Part shown: positions 7,419 through 9,720 of the stretch, piece by piece | How positions within the stretch are numbered: position 1 is the first letter of the stretch | Layout of the letters: the number at the start of each line of letters is the position of its first letter | DNA from: Octopus sinensis | Lineage: Eukaryota | Assembly (NCBI RefSeq): GCF_006345805.1 | Contig: NW_021827838.1 | Coordinates: forward strand, 1 to 9,720 | Length of the DNA: 9,720 nt | Direction of reading: 5' to 3' | The notes under the pieces: model-generated | Told to the model about the DNA's origin: nothing | Database searches by the model: none | The model's input: the letters and a program-made list of their open reading frames with translations, nothing else | Position numbers and translations under genes: made by a program

Positions 7419-8101
7419 TGGTTGTGGTGGTGGTGGTGGTGGTGGTGGTGGAGGTGGTGGTGGTTGAAGTTGTAGTTACAGTGATAGTCGTGGTGGCGGT
7501 GGTGGTGGTGATGGTGATGATGCTGATGATGATGGTGGTGCTGTTGGTGATGGTGGTTGGGATGATGGTGCTGGTGTCGGTGGTGGTGCTGATGGTTGGT
7601 GATGGTGTTGGTGGTGGTATTGATGGTATTTGGTAGTAGTAGTAGTGGTGGTGGTGGTGGTGGTTGTAGTTACAGTGATAGTCGTGGTGGCGGTGGTGGT
7701 GGTGGTGGTGGTGATGGTGGTGATGGTTACGGTGGTGGTGATAGTGGTGGTGGCAGCAGTGATGGTGGTGGTCATAATAGGGATGGTGGGGGTGAAGGTG
7801 ATGTTGTTGTTGGTGATGGTGATGGCGGTAGGGATGATGGTGTTGGTGTTGGTGGTGGTGGTGGTGGTCATGGTAGAGATGGTGGTGGCAGAGATAGTAA
7901 TATTTGTAATGACAATAACAATGATAGTGGTAGTGATGATGATGATGATGATGGCAGTGATGGGCGTGGTAACAGTTGTGGTGGTGGTGGTGGTGGTGGT
8001 GGTGATCATTGCAATTGTGGTAATCACTGTGTTGGTGATGATGATGATGATGGCGTTGGTAGCGTTCATAATGATTATGGTGATATTGATGATGATGATG
8101 C
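7419..8101. repeat. Long degenerate (GGT/GAT)n triplet tract with an internal 42-bp direct duplication
   Basis: Directly visible; 7469-7510 is identical to 7663-7704. Confidence 0.95.
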
Positions 8102-8142
8102 GCAGGTCAATTGTTGCTGGGGTCCTGTGTATCGGTATGTGT

Positions 8143-8165
8143 GGGGGTAGGGCGGGTGGGCGGGG
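8143..8165 (+). other. G-quadruplex-forming motif
   Basis: GGGGGTAGGGCGGGTGGGCGGGG: five G-runs of at least 3 with 1-2-nt loops. Confidence 0.75.
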
Positions 8166-8216
8166 TTTTGATGAGTAGTGGTACACTGGCTGCGCTTGTG
8201 GTTTTAATTAATCCTC

Positions 8217-8533
8217 GTCACCACCACTACCACCATCATCACCACCACTGCCACCACCACCATTAACACTACCACCATATCACCATTGTCACTGCCTCCA
8301 CCATTACTACCACCTCTACCACCTCCACCATCATACTTCAGCCACCACCATTATTACCACCACTACCTCCGCCACCTCCACCATCTCCATCACCACCACT
8401 ACTACTACCACCATCACCACCACTACTACTACCACCACCGCCACCACCACCACCACACAATTATCACAACTCAGCCGCCACCACCACCACCACCACCACC
8501 ACTACCTCCACCGCTTCAGCCACCATCATCAAT
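8217..8533. repeat. Degenerate (ACC/CAT)n triplet tract, opposite polarity to 7419-8101
   Basis: Directly visible. Confidence 0.95.
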
Positions 8534-8694
8534 ACTTTGATACGCTGCAGAACGTTTTACAAGACATAAAATTTGAGTATTAGCTTCCGTACTTGCTTGC
8601 GTAAGAATGTATCAATGCATCCGCTGTATGCGTGTGAATTTTATTAATACAAACACGCGGACTCATATAAATATCTTTGTTTTCCTTTCTTCTA

Positions 8695-8912
8695 TCATTT
8701 ACTTGCTTCAGTCATTAGGCTGTGGCCATGCTAGGGCACTTCCTTGAAGAACTTTTAATGAAATGAATAGACCCCAGTGCATTTTTCATTTAGGCCTGGC
8801 ACTTATTCTCTTGGTTTTGCTTAACTGCTAAGTTAGAGAGATGTAAACAAACCAACACCAGTGTCAAGCAGTGTGGAATACAAACACAGATAGAATCACA
8901 CACACACACACA
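8695..8912 (-). mobile_element. Diverged 3' half of SINE family A
   Basis: Aligns by eye to ~1478-1685 (ttcagtcatt.g.ctg.ggccatgct, gacccc.g, acttattct, gtaaaca.acca, gtcaagc, caaacacaga, (CA)n). Confidence 0.8.
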
Positions 8913-8920
8913 TAAAAGAA

Positions 8921-9050
8921 GGGTTTAACTGAGCAAGTTGACCCCACTACCTATATATCTGACACCTATTTTATCAGTCTCTTTTGCTACGTTATGGGGA
9001 TGTAAATAAACCAACACTAGTTTTCAAGTGGTAGTTGGGCGACAAATACA

Positions 9051-9084
<34 letters not shown>

Positions 9085-9251
9085 TACACACAAGCTTCTT
9101 TCTGTTTCCAGCTACCAAATCCGCTTTCAATGTTTTGGTCATCCCGTGTCTAAGTAGAAGTTATTTGCCCAAGTTTGGCACGCAGTGGGACTGAACCTAG
9201 AACTATGAGGTTGGGAAGCAAACTTCTTACCACACAGCTATGCTTGCACCT
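8921..9251 (-). mobile_element. Diverged SINE family A copy with tRNA head, lacking its extreme 3' end
   Basis: Head homologous to 1710-1871 (gcttctttc.gtttcc..ctaccaaatcc, ttgcccaag, cgca.tgggactgaacc, cttaccacacagcta), with internal (CA)n. Confidence 0.85.
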
Positions 9252-9478
9252 CATCCCGTCATTTAAACAGCACCTCCACCAAACCAATCGGCTATGGCGG
9301 ACCTTCATAACGATCTATTCTGCTGTAAAGCCCAATATTAGGTCTTCAGTTCCGAGATTTGTTCCGTTCCTTGGGAAAAGACCAAAATAGGGATTTGGAA
9401 CCACATATCTTCCTTTAATAACGAAATTAAATAGAAAGTACTGATTGTAGCAAAGATAGTATTGGGGCATTTAAAGAC

Positions 9479-9502
9479 GTAGTAGTAGTAGTAGTAGTAG
9501 TA

Positions 9503-9560
<58 letters not shown>
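9479..9560. repeat. (TAG)n microsatellite
   Basis: Directly visible. Confidence 0.97.
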
Positions 9561-9567
9561 TATCTAA

Positions 9568-9720
9568 TTACTTTCTCGAGTCATACAGACCCATAAGGGC
9601 CGGTTTCCCACCTGGATGGGACGCCAGTCCCTCGCAGGATTAACTCGTTTTTGCTAATTGAGTGGACGGAAGCAACGGGAAATCAAGGGCTTTGCACAAG
9701 AACGCAAACGTGTCGCCCGG
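9568..9720 (-). mobile_element. SINE family B, 3' part; runs off the right window edge
   Basis: Homologous to ~6780-6930 (gggcc.ggtttccc, gggacgccagtcc.tcgcag, tgagtggac.g.agcaacg.gaaat, caagaac.caa.cg..tcgccc). Confidence 0.85.

Noticed and set aside
7476-8186. 236-aa Thr/Ile-rich ORF (-) and the overlapping Gly/Asp-rich and Val-rich ORFs (+)
   Set aside because: All three are readings of the same GGT/GAT triplet tract, which is naturally stop-poor. There is no domain, signal peptide or splice context, so a mucin-like call is unsupported.
9307-9478. Stop-free - strand frame ending GRYVVPNPYFGLFPRNGTNLGTEDLILGFTAE*
   Set aside because: No start codon, only a weak acceptor, and no recognisable homology.

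Overview
Repeat-dominated, AT-rich eukaryotic non-coding DNA with no recognisable intact protein-coding gene. The SINE families and the very high microsatellite load look like an octopus (coleoid cephalopod) genome; this is inferred from recalled repeat families, not from a search. Nearly all ORFs in the supplied track are microsatellite or low-complexity artefacts. Main contents: (i) a decayed Penelope-like retroelement (PLE) at 1-580, whose RT-thumb/linker part (- strand) is joined head-to-head to the GIY-YIG endonuclease C-terminus and 3' end (+ strand); (ii) hammerhead-ribozyme (HHR) motifs: a near-canonical type I HHR at 5197-5249 inside a 56-bp fold-back, a minimal HHR with a U3:A8 covariation at 540-578, one with a palindromic stem III at 4365-4416 (-), and weaker HHR-like remnants; (iii) about nine tRNA-headed SINE copies or fragments, two of them stacked at one target site with a triplicated TSD; (iv) an unexplained 41-bp hairpin at 781-886; (v) a ~1.1-kb GGT/ACC triplet block whose strand polarity flips around a G-quadruplex-bearing spacer; (vi) a candidate 15-nt microexon on the - strand at 3361-3375.
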